Positions 21,383-31,553 of a stretch of DNA of 64,000 nt are shown here, in pieces. The notes below the pieces were generated by a model. It was not told where the DNA came from. It worked only from the letters and a program-made list of their open reading frames with translations, and ran no database searches. The stretch spans positions 3,200,001 through 3,264,000 of the forward strand of contig CAVXGK010000002.1 of NCBI GenBank assembly GCA_963761305.1, given 5' to 3'. The stretch comes from an uncultured Gemmatimonadaceae bacterium (lineage in GTDB: Bacteria; Gemmatimonadota; Gemmatimonadetes; Gemmatimonadales; Gemmatimonadaceae). How positions within the stretch are numbered: position 1 is the first letter of the stretch; the number at the start of each line of letters is the position of its first letter. The translations under genes were made by a program, and so were the position numbers.

Positions 21383-23650
21383 ATGCGTCGCGCCATCGTT
21401 GGAGCCGTTCGCACCATTCTCTTCGCCGCCTTCGCCGCGCCCGCGCTCGGCGCGCAGGGTTGGATCGTCCCGCGCCCGTGCGGGCTGGGAATTCAGCCGA
21501 TCGAGGGGCGAACGCCGCCGATCGCGCGGGATTGCTCGACCAACATCGTCCGCACGCGCAGCGACGTCCGCGTCGAGCTCGCCGATCACGTGCTGCGGTA
21601 CGAAGTGGAGGAGCGCTTCGTCAACCGGGGCTCGACGCTGGGTGAAGCGGATTATCTGTTCCCGCTGCCGACGAACGCCGCGTTTCAGAATCTCGCGCTG
21701 TCGATCGACGGAGAGCTCGTCGCCGGCGAGACGATGAACGCCGGCCAAGCGCGCAGCATCTACGAGTCGATCGTGCGCGCGCGGCGCGACCCGGCCCTGG
21801 TCGAGTGGATGGGACACGGACTGCTCCACGCGCGCATTTTCCCCCTCGAGCCCGGGCAGGAAAAGACGGTCGTCGTCCGCTTCCAGAGCGTGGCGCCACG
21901 CGAGGGCGATGCGCTGCGCATCGACTACTTCCGCGGCGGCGCGCCCGGCACGACCAACGTGCACGACGGCGGGCAGACGTCGTTCACGCTCAGCTATCGG
22001 CAAGCGCCCGAGCTTGGCACGCCGTTCTCGCCCACGCATCAGCTCGACGTGAGCGACCGTGACGAGCGTCGCAGCGTGAACGTGCGCGGCGACGCGCGCG
22101 ACGTGACGCTGCTCGTTCCGGTGCGCGCGCGAAACGAAGCGGCGATCACCGCGCTCAGCTACGCGCCCGGCAACGAAGACGGATTCACGCTGCTCAGCGT
22201 GACGCCGCCCGCCGGCCGACAGACCGACGTGATTCCGCGCGACGTCACGCTGGTGCTCGACGTCTCCGGCTCGATGAACGGACGCAAGATTGAACAGGCG
22301 CGCGCCGCCGGACACCAACTGCTGTCGACGCTGCGCGAATCCGATCGGTTCCGCTTGATCGATTTCTCGAGCGACGTGCGCACGTTCCGCGACGATTTCG
22401 TCGCCGCGACGCCGGAGAACGTTCGACAGGCGGCGCGTTATCTCGACGCGCTCGAGGCATCGGGCAGCACCAACATCGAAGGCGCGCTCCGTGAGGCGCT
22501 CCGTCCGGCCGTCACGCGCGGACATCTCCCGGTGATCTTGTTCGTCACCGACGGCGAGCCGACGATCGGCGATACTCGGCCGGACCACCTCGCCGCCATG
22601 GCCGCCGACGCCAACGCACACGCCGAGGAGCCTCGCCGGATCTTCACGTTCGGACTGGGGTCGGACGTGAACGTGAGCCTGCTCGAGCAACTCGCCCTCG
22701 AAGGGCGCGGCACGTCGCAATTCGTGCGGCCCGACGAATCGGTCGAGCGGATGGTGGGCATCGTCGCCAATCGCCTCGTCGGCCCGATGCTGACGGACGT
22801 TCGCGTGCGCGTCGAAGGCGGCGACGTGCGGCTGTCCAGAATGCTCCCTGGCGAATCGACGGACATCTTCGCCGACCGCGATCTCTCGCTCGTCGCGCGA
22901 TACTCGGGCCACGGCCGCGCGCGTGTCGTCGTCGAGGGCCGACGCGGATCGACGCCCGTGACGTGGACGTCCACCGTCGACTTTCCCGATCGCGACCGCG
23001 AGAACTCGTTCGTCGCGCGTCTTTGGGCGACGCAGCGCGTGGGATATCTGAGCGCCGAGAAGCGGAAGAGCGGCGGATCGTCGGAGATCGACGACGAGAT
23101 TCGCGCGCTCGGTGAGCGATACGGCATTCCAACGGAATTCACGTCCTATCTCGTCACCGAGCCGCAAGCGGTTCCGATGCGCACGGCGATGATGGGCGGC
23201 AACGGTGGAGTCATGCCGACGGCGGCCATGATCGGGCAACCCGCTCCGATGGCACGCCAGACCGCGGCGTTCGAGTTGGCGAAGGTGGCGTCGGCACAGC
23301 GGAATGTCGCGAGTGTCGCCGTTGCCGATTCGATCGCCCGCGTCAGCTTCGCGGGGCTGCGCGACAAGGACGAAGCGGCCGCGAACCGTCGGGTCGATGG
23401 ACGGAGCTTCGTGCAGCGCGATGGTTCGTGGACCGACACGCGCTATCATGCCGGCATCCAGGTCACGAGCATCAAGCCGTACTCGAAGGCATACTTCGAC
23501 ATCGTGCAGCAACTCCCGGAGCTCAAAGCCATCTTCGCGCTCGGCGATCATCTCACCGTCGTCGGGAAGACGGGCGCGATTCGACTCGACGATTCGGGCG
23601 CGAGCGAGCTGACGCCGTCGGCGTTGGCCGCGCTCGTCCGAGCGTGGTGA
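21383..23650 (+). CDS. Secreted VIT + von Willebrand factor A domain protein (ITIH-like)
   Basis: Signal peptide ...ALGAQ, VIT region (EADYLFPLP, ARSIYESIV), MIDAS DVSGS...T...TDG, ARLWA. Confidence 0.88.
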   Translation: MRRAIVGAVRTILFAAFAAPALGAQGWIVPRPCGLGIQPIEGRTPPIARDCSTNIVRTRSDVRVELADHVLRYEVEERFVNRGSTLGEADYLFPLPTNAAFQNLALSIDGELVAGETMNAGQARSIYESIVRARRDPALVEWMGHGLLHARIFPLEPGQEKTVVVRFQSVAPREGDALRIDYFRGGAPGTTNVHDGGQTSFTLSYRQAPELGTPFSPTHQLDVSDRDERRSVNVRGDARDVTLLVPVRARNEAAITALSYAPGNEDGFTLLSVTPPAGRQTDVIPRDVTLVLDVSGSMNGRKIEQARAAGHQLLSTLRESDRFRLIDFSSDVRTFRDDFVAATPENVRQAARYLDALEASGSTNIEGALREALRPAVTRGHLPVILFVTDGEPTIGDTRPDHLAAMAADANAHAEEPRRIFTFGLGSDVNVSLLEQLALEGRGTSQFVRPDESVERMVGIVANRLVGPMLTDVRVRVEGGDVRLSRMLPGESTDIFADRDLSLVARYSGHGRARVVVEGRRGSTPVTWTSTVDFPDRDRENSFVARLWATQRVGYLSAEKRKSGGSSEIDDEIRALGERYGIPTEFTSYLVTEPQAVPMRTAMMGGNGGVMPTAAMIGQPAPMARQTAAFELAKVASAQRNVASVAVADSIARVSFAGLRDKDEAAANRRVDGRSFVQRDGSWTDTRYHAGIQVTSIKPYSKAYFDIVQQLPELKAIFALGDHLTVVGKTGAIRLDDSGASELTPSALAALVRAW

Positions 23651-23663
23651 CCCACAGACGCCG

Positions 23664-24245
23664 ATGATCGACATCGACCGACTCTTTCGCGAATACCACC
23701 AGCCGCTCGTGCGCTACCTCGCACGACGGCTGGGGGATCGCGACTGGGCGGAAGAGGTGGCGCAGGAGACGTTTGTTCGCGCGGCGCGGCAGGAGACGAT
23801 CGTCAGCGAACGGTCGTGGCTCTTTGCCGTGGCGACGAATCTGGTGCGCGACGAAGCGCGCAAGGATGCGCGCCGGCGCCGTCACCTCGAGCTGTTGCGC
23901 GAGCAGGCCCGCGCCGAAGAAGCCGTCGAGCCGGAACCGACGACGCTCGAGCGGGCGCAGGAGGCGGCGCTCGCCAGGAAAGCGGTCGACGCGCTCGGCG
24001 AGCGCGATCGCGAGGCGTTGCTGATGCGCGAGGAAGGTTTGAACTACACGGAGATCGCCGCGGCGCTCGATCTTTCAGTGGCATCCGTCGGAACGACTCT
24101 CGCGCGGGCGAGAAAGCGATTGCTCGAAGCCTACGAGGCGCTGCAGAACGAAGGTTGGCGCGGCGTGCGCGTCGGAGGGGGAGGGGGAGGGGGAGGGGGA
24201 GCCAAGACGCAGGGACAGGTGGGAGGAACACATGCAGCATCTTGA
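23664..24245 (+). CDS. ECF RNA polymerase sigma factor
   Basis: AEEVAQETF, WLFAVATN (region 2), YTEIAAALDLSVASVGTTLARAR (region 4). Confidence 0.92.
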   Translation: MIDIDRLFREYHQPLVRYLARRLGDRDWAEEVAQETFVRAARQETIVSERSWLFAVATNLVRDEARKDARRRRHLELLREQARAEEAVEPEPTTLERAQEAALARKAVDALGERDREALLMREEGLNYTEIAAALDLSVASVGTTLARARKRLLEAYEALQNEGWRGVRVGGGGGGGGGAKTQGQVGGTHAAS

Positions 24246-25509
24246 CGAAGGAACCATTCACGCCTGGCTCGACGGCGAGCTCTCGGCGGACGACGCCGAG
24301 CGCGCGGCGCGGCACGTGGCGGAGTGCGCGGAGTGCGGCGCGCTGGTCGTGGAGGCGCGCGGTGTGATGGCCGGCGCGACGCGCATCGTGTCGGCGCTCG
24401 ACGCCGGACCGGTCGGCGTCATTCCACGCACGCAACACGGCGCGCAGCCGAAGCGTCGTTCGTGGTATCGCTTCGCGCTCACGCCCGCGCGCATGTCGAT
24501 CGCGGCGACCATTCTCGTCGCGGCTGGCGTGACGCTCACGGTTCAACGCGCTCGGGTCGGTCGCGACGGAGTGGACGCTTCGCGGATGGTCGACAGTCCG
24601 ACCCCAGCGACCGCACCGGCAGCGACAGTCGCTCCGGCGCCGGGCATCACGGATTCGATGGCGGCAGTTCCCGAGGCGCGGAAGGCAGCGCCAGCGCCGC
24701 CGAGCCACGGCGCTCAGGCGCAGAAGACACAGAACGCCGCGCTCGGTGCGCTGAGTCCCGTCACGGCGGCGCGGACGGTTGGCGCAGGAGCGGGGCTGGC
24801 CGATAAGGAACGGACGCCAGAGGCGAAGACACGCGCCGCAGACTCGCTAGAAAGGGCTGCTCCAGCTGCCACGCCGGCGCCTGTCTCGGTGGCCACGTCA
24901 ATCGCGATGGCGGCATCACCAGCTCGACTCGATTCGGTGCGAGCCAAGGACGAAATGGCGAAGGCCGCCGAGAGCGCGGAGGATCGCGCTACGCGGGCGG
25001 CACTCGAGCGGCGTCAAGCCGCGGGCGGCGCCGGCGCCAATCAGCTCACGCAGATGACGGCGAGCAGCGACCGCGATGCGTTGTCAAAGAGTGACGCATC
25101 ATCACAGAATTGTTATCGCCTGGACATCGATTCGACCGAATGGCGACGCGCGCTGCCGTCAGCGTTCGCGCTCGGGGGACCGGCAGTCTCGGCTGGGCGG
25201 CCGGGCGGCGCGATTGGGGGGGCGGGATCGTTTCGGGAACCGGCGGCCAACGCGCAGTCCGCGATGCGCGCCGTCATGGTCGCTCCTGGCAATGCAGTTC
25301 ACGCGGTGACCGCGACCGGGAGCGTCGATTCGCTCGTGGTCGGCGACTGGCGACCCGCTGGGCCGACGGCGGTGAGCGTGCACTTCATCGCCGTGGCCAA
25401 GCAGAAACCGGTCACGCTGGTCTTGGCGACCAATGGTTCGACAGCACAGCTCATCTCCGGCGAGCGTACCGACAGCGTTCGGTTCGTTCGAATGACCTGC
25501 GCGCGCTAG
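24232..25509 (+). CDS. Zinc-finger (zf-HC2/ZAS) anti-sigma factor with TM helix and Ala-rich extracytoplasmic part
   Basis: HLDEGTIHAWLDGEL...HVAECAEC, single TM segment, overlaps the ECF gene end. Confidence 0.85.
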   Translation: MQHLDEGTIHAWLDGELSADDAERAARHVAECAECGALVVEARGVMAGATRIVSALDAGPVGVIPRTQHGAQPKRRSWYRFALTPARMSIAATILVAAGVTLTVQRARVGRDGVDASRMVDSPTPATAPAATVAPAPGITDSMAAVPEARKAAPAPPSHGAQAQKTQNAALGALSPVTAARTVGAGAGLADKERTPEAKTRAADSLERAAPAATPAPVSVATSIAMAASPARLDSVRAKDEMAKAAESAEDRATRAALERRQAAGGAGANQLTQMTASSDRDALSKSDASSQNCYRLDIDSTEWRRALPSAFALGGPAVSAGRPGGAIGGAGSFREPAANAQSAMRAVMVAPGNAVHAVTATGSVDSLVVGDWRPAGPTAVSVHFIAVAKQKPVTLVLATNGSTAQLISGERTDSVRFVRMTCAR

Positions 25510-25514
25510 ATCCG

Positions 25515-26564
25515 CTACTTGAGATCGATGCGGCCGATGCGGCTCACGCCGCTCTCCGCGATCCACAGCCGCTTCCGCGTCGAATCGAAGCTGATGTTGC
25601 GAACGATCGAGTTCTTGGTAGGGATCGGCACCAGTTCCATGCGTTCCGTCCTGGGATCGAAGCGAACCATCGCGCCCTGGTGCGCTTCGTTCACCCAGAC
25701 TGCACCGTCCGGCGCCACGCCGATGCCGTAGGGGTTCGAGCTATCGTCCGGCGTCTTCCACTCTTTCGCCGTCTTGGTCTTGGGATCGTACATGCCGAGG
25801 TAGCCGCGCGCATAGTCCGAGTACCAGATGCGGCCATCGGATGTGATGCAGAGGCGACGAGGTCTCGTTCCGGCGTTGGGCAAGTCGATCTCGCTGAGTT
25901 TCGCGGTCTTCGGATCGAGATGCCCGAGCTTGTTGGTGCCAAAGAGGGCGATCCACAATGAGCCGTCGGGCGCGCGCTGGAGTCCGTAGGGCAGCGCGCG
26001 AGGCGTGGCGACATCGTAGAGCGTCACCGCGCCGGTGACGGGATCGAGCTTGCCGTATTTGTCCGCCTGCTGCGCCGTGAACCAGAGCGTACCGTTCAAC
26101 CACAGCGGCGTGTGCGGGTCCTTCGCGCCTTCGGTCTTGTATTCGGTGATCTTGCCGGTTTTAGGGTCCAAGTGCCCGATCAAGCCGGCGGCGTTTCCGG
26201 TGTACCACACGCTGCCATCCGGAACGACGATGATCCCGTGGGGCCCCGAGTTCGGGGTCGTCGTTGGGAACTCCTTCACCTCGCCGGTCTCCGGATCGAG
26301 ACGGCCAATGTAGCTGGCCGCCTGGTCGGCGAAGTAAACGCGCCCGTCCGGAGCAACGGCTGGGTCGTGCGCGAACGCGGCCGGGTTCTGGTGCGGCAGC
26401 AGGTACTCGCGAACGCTGAACGACGGTGGCAAAATGGTGCCAAGCTCGCCGAGGCCCGCAACCGGCGTGACGGTGAGAATGAACAACGCGACACCCGCCA
26501 GGACAATTGCGGCGAGCAGGAGCACGAGCGGAGATCGACGGAGCGGCGTGAGTCGATTCGACAT
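25515..26564 (-). CDS. Vgb (virginiamycin B lyase)-like beta-propeller protein with N-terminal signal/anchor
   Basis: Repeated P-H/Y-G-I...PDG-x-W...IGxLDPxTG blades; GGAGG upstream of ATG 26564. Confidence 0.85.
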   Translation of the reverse strand: MSNRLTPLRRSPLVLLLAAIVLAGVALFILTVTPVAGLGELGTILPPSFSVREYLLPHQNPAAFAHDPAVAPDGRVYFADQAASYIGRLDPETGEVKEFPTTTPNSGPHGIIVVPDGSVWYTGNAAGLIGHLDPKTGKITEYKTEGAKDPHTPLWLNGTLWFTAQQADKYGKLDPVTGAVTLYDVATPRALPYGLQRAPDGSLWIALFGTNKLGHLDPKTAKLSEIDLPNAGTRPRRLCITSDGRIWYSDYARGYLGMYDPKTKTAKEWKTPDDSSNPYGIGVAPDGAVWVNEAHQGAMVRFDPRTERMELVPIPTKNSIVRNISFDSTRKRLWIAESGVSRIGRIDLK

Positions 26565-26701
26565 TGGGCCCCCTCCGTCTTGCGAGACGGGTGTGGCAGC
26601 GGTGATCCAGCGAACCGTCAACGAGATAGATGTAGTCGCGGCCGTTTCGCGGTGCAAACCCCCGAACGTCGAGGCGCGGTTGTTGCGTCCGCCACGGCCC
26701 C

Positions 26702-28372
<1,671 letters not shown>

Positions 28373-28413
28373 CGGGCGATCAGGCCACCCTGCCAAAGAA
28401 AGAAATTGCAACG

Positions 28414-28496
28414 CAGATGCCGCAGATTTGAACGGCAATGCCGCGGATGTCTCGCTGTTCATCTGCGGCAATGCTTTTCAGAATCTGCGGCATCTG
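28414..28496. repeat. REP-like nested palindrome built from CGCAGAT/ATCTGCG units
   Basis: Perfect 15-bp IR (28414-28428/28482-28496) plus an inner 11-bp IR (28439-28449/28460-28470). Confidence 0.85.
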
Positions 28497-28552
28497 TGCT
28501 GAGATTGCGTCGCTGATCCAGTGGCCCGATAGCGGCAACCCCTGAAACCGTA

Positions 28553-28777
28553 CTACTCGCTGCGTGCGCTCTTGGTGATCATGCGCCACGCTCGCCACAG
28601 CCCCAACCCCAGCGCGACGCCGCCGATACCGAAGACGAGCAACAGGACGCCGAACCAGTCAGCGCCGCCGAGCACGGTCCTGACGCCGATCCATCCGTAG
28701 ATGGCGCCGAACGCCGCCGCGAAGACGGCGGCGGCGGGCATGACGTAGTACACGAAGCGCGGTCGAGGGGGGCTCAT
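28553..28777 (-). CDS. Small two-TM membrane protein
   Basis: 74 aa with two hydrophobic helices; 4-bp overlap with the upstream GNAT stop. Confidence 0.7.
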   Translation of the reverse strand: MSPPRPRFVYYVMPAAAVFAAAFGAIYGWIGVRTVLGGADWFGVLLLVFGIGGVALGLGLWRAWRMITKSARSE

Positions 28778-29310
28778 CCTGTCCCTTGGAGATCGGCCAA
28801 CCGCAGCGCCATCACCTGATCGCGCTGCGCATCAGTGCCCACAAGAAAACGCTGCTCGCCGGCGCGGCGAAAGCCCCACTTCTCGTAGAACGCGATCGCG
28901 CGCGGGTTGCGCTCCCACACGCCAAGCCACACGGCGTCGCACTTCCACGCGCGCGCTTGCTCGATGCACGCGTCGAGCAGCGCCTTCCCGACACCGCGCC
29001 CGTGCCACGACCGGTCGGCGTAGATCCGTTGCACCTCGGCCGGATGTTGCGCGTCGACGCACGACGATCGCGAATCACGGCGCAACATCGCATATCCGAG
29101 CGGCTCGCCTTGCGACTCGGCGATCCACACGGCACGACTCGCGTCTCGCAGCTCGGCGAGCTGGCGGTCGGGCGAGTACGTGTTGGCCAGGAAGAGGCGG
29201 AGATCGTCGGGATCGTTCCTGGCGCCGAATGCGTCGGCGAACAATCGCGCACCGAGGTCGGCGAGGAGCCGCGCGTCGGCGTCGGTCGGGACGACCCGCC
29301 GGATGTTCAC
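28774..29310 (-). CDS. GNAT N-acetyltransferase (PaiA-like)
   Basis: GTG start at 29310; EVQRIY, HGRGVGKALL, WLGVWERNPRAIAFYEKWGF. Confidence 0.88.
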   Translation of the reverse strand: MNIRRVVPTDADARLLADLGARLFADAFGARNDPDDLRLFLANTYSPDRQLAELRDASRAVWIAESQGEPLGYAMLRRDSRSSCVDAQHPAEVQRIYADRSWHGRGVGKALLDACIEQARAWKCDAVWLGVWERNPRAIAFYEKWGFRRAGEQRFLVGTDAQRDQVMALRLADLQGTG

Positions 29311-29318
29311 GCCGCGCG

Positions 29319-30212
29319 CTAGATCCCGCCGCTGAACGTGTCGCAGTCCTTCGGTTGGCCCGACGCGAATCCGCGCTTGAACCAGTAGACGCGCTGCGCC
29401 GACGAGCCGTGTGTGAACGTGTCGGTGTTGAGGTGACCGGTCGTCTCGCGCTGGATGCGGTCGTCGCCGACTGAAGCGGCCGCATTCAACCCGGACTCGA
29501 GATCCCCCGGCTCCAGAATGCCTTCGCCTTGCGTGGCGTGTCCCCACACGCCGGCGAAGCAGTCGGCCTGTAACTCGAGGCGAACGGACAATTCGTTCGC
29601 CGCCGACGGATCGCGTTGCTGCGCGCGTCGTACTTCCTGGTCGATGCCGAGCAGGTGTTGCACGTGATGCCCGAGCTCATGGGCGAGGACGTACGCCTGC
29701 GCGAACTCTCCCGGCGCGCCGAAGCGTGTGCGCAGCTCGTCGTAGAAGGCGAGGTCGATGTACAACTTTTGATCGACGGGACAATAGAACGGTCCCATCG
29801 CCGTCTGGCCGACGCCGCACGCGGTTTGGGTCGCGTCGCGGAAGAGAACGAGCTTGGCGTTGCGCCAGGGTACGCCCGTCGTCGCCGGAAGCAGCTTCGC
29901 CCAGGTCGCTTCGGCGGTGTCGAGCACGAAAGAGACGAATTGGACTTCCTTCGCTTCGGCCGGCGATTCGTTCACCGTCGCCCCGGGGCCGCCGGGGCCG
30001 CCGGGGCCGGCCGGTCCAACCGAGCCCGCGGCGCTTCCGCCGGCGGCGTACGGGTTGGGATTCGCGCTGTCCGAGATGAAGTCGCGCCCGAAGATCAGGC
30101 TGAGCACGATCAGGATCACCGTGCCGCCGAGGCCCACGTGCACCGGGCCGATGCCGCCCGAACCGCGGCGGTCTTCGATGTTCCCACTCTCGCCACCGGG
30201 AGTCCAGCGCAT
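29319..30212 (-). CDS. Neutral zinc metallopeptidase, YpfJ family
   Basis: NIEDRRG, MGPFYCP, AHELGHHVQ, ELQADCFAG, FTHGSSAQR. Confidence 0.93.
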   Translation of the reverse strand: MRWTPGGESGNIEDRRGSGGIGPVHVGLGGTVILIVLSLIFGRDFISDSANPNPYAAGGSAAGSVGPAGPGGPGGPGATVNESPAEAKEVQFVSFVLDTAEATWAKLLPATTGVPWRNAKLVLFRDATQTACGVGQTAMGPFYCPVDQKLYIDLAFYDELRTRFGAPGEFAQAYVLAHELGHHVQHLLGIDQEVRRAQQRDPSAANELSVRLELQADCFAGVWGHATQGEGILEPGDLESGLNAAASVGDDRIQRETTGHLNTDTFTHGSSAQRVYWFKRGFASGQPKDCDTFSGGI

Positions 30213-30309
30213 GTGCCCTCCAGCGCGCCCGACGCGAGGCCGGCGCGAACAGGTTCATCGGATGCTGATGAGTCCCTCCTTCATCAATCGGGCCACGCGG
30301 GCAGATCCA

Positions 30310-31317
30310 TCAAGCGGCCTCGAACTCGCTCAGGTCCTGCGTCTTGCGGACCGCACGCAGCGCCGTGTTGCCGGCGACGATCGAGCCGAGCACGATGTAG
30401 ATGTAGAAAGTGTAAAAGCGCCACCAGAGAAGCGCGGCGGCGAACAATCTCGGGCCGATGACGTTTGCCAGCGCGGCGCGAAACGCGAGTTCGACGGCGC
30501 CGCCGCCGCCGGGCGCCGGCACGATCGCCGCGCCGTAGAGCAGGCCGAGCGGCCAGAGCGCGAGGGGCGCCAGCGGGGCGTCGGCGCCGGCGCCGAGCAC
30601 GAGCGCCGGGAGGACGCACAGGCGCATCGCGACGTGCATCACCGACATGAAGTACGCGCCAACGGCCCAACGCAGCTCGATGTTTCGCATGCGGTCCACC
30701 GTCGACCGCACCTGTGTGAACCAGCCGTGGATCTTCGTCCAGCGCTTGCCGCCGAGACGGAGACGGATCGCCCAGCGCGGCGGCGTGTCGTCGACGTGGC
30801 GGCGCGCGAGAACCACGGCGATCACGCCGACGCCGATCACGAAGCCCGCGTACATGCCGACGACGCCGACGAGCGCCTTGAGCACGAAGCCGGCGTTGCG
30901 GAACACGATCGCCACGACGAGCACGACCGTCGCGAGCGACAACGCCTCGAGGAACAGTTCGGCGAACAGCACGACGAGCGCGCTCGACGTCTCGATGCCG
31001 GCTTCGGCGAGCACCAGGAACCGCGCCGGCTCGGCGCCCGACCGCGCCGGCGTGATCGACGCGCCGAAATCGCCGGCGAGCGTCGTGCGCAGCGCGGTCA
31101 TGAAGTGCAGCTCGATGTGCGCGGCCTTGGCGCTCCACTGGATCTTCCACGACCGCGTGAGGATCTCGAACAGGACGGCCGCGATGGCCAGCAGGTGCGC
31201 TTGCCGCGGCAGGGCGATCGTGCTGCCGGCGCGCCACCAGCGCACGATGAAGAATGTGGAGACGCCGATCACCGCCGCGAACGACGCGATCGTGAACGCC
31301 CAGCGTTTCCAGTTCAC
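30310..31317 (-). CDS. Lysylphosphatidylglycerol synthase TM / UPF0104 flippase-like membrane protein
   Basis: Polytopic; ITPARSGAEP, PAPGGGGAVE, WRFYTFY motifs. Confidence 0.85.
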   Translation of the reverse strand: MNWKRWAFTIASFAAVIGVSTFFIVRWWRAGSTIALPRQAHLLAIAAVLFEILTRSWKIQWSAKAAHIELHFMTALRTTLAGDFGASITPARSGAEPARFLVLAEAGIETSSALVVLFAELFLEALSLATVVLVVAIVFRNAGFVLKALVGVVGMYAGFVIGVGVIAVVLARRHVDDTPPRWAIRLRLGGKRWTKIHGWFTQVRSTVDRMRNIELRWAVGAYFMSVMHVAMRLCVLPALVLGAGADAPLAPLALWPLGLLYGAAIVPAPGGGGAVELAFRAALANVIGPRLFAAALLWWRFYTFYIYIVLGSIVAGNTALRAVRKTQDLSEFEAA

Positions 31318-31467
31318 GCGCCGGCGCGTCGGAAGGCCATTTTCACGATGTTAATCTCACGCCGATCGAGAAGCGCCGCGAGGCCGTCTGGAATTCTCGA
31401 AGAACCCTCGCGCATAAAGACTTCATGCAAACGAAAAGCTCCGGCGGGCTTACGTGAGAAACAGAAA

Positions 31468-31491
31468 CGCCCCGCGATGTTTCGCGGGGCG
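31468..31491 (-). terminator. Intrinsic terminator after the zinc metalloprotease
   Basis: CGCCCCGCGA-TGTT-TCGCGGGGCG with a U-rich tail on the minus strand. Confidence 0.7.
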
Positions 31492-31553
31492 CTCCCATCA
31501 GCACTCCTCTGCGTTCTCCGCGTCTCTGCGGCGATCTGCAGTTCGCCGTTCCG

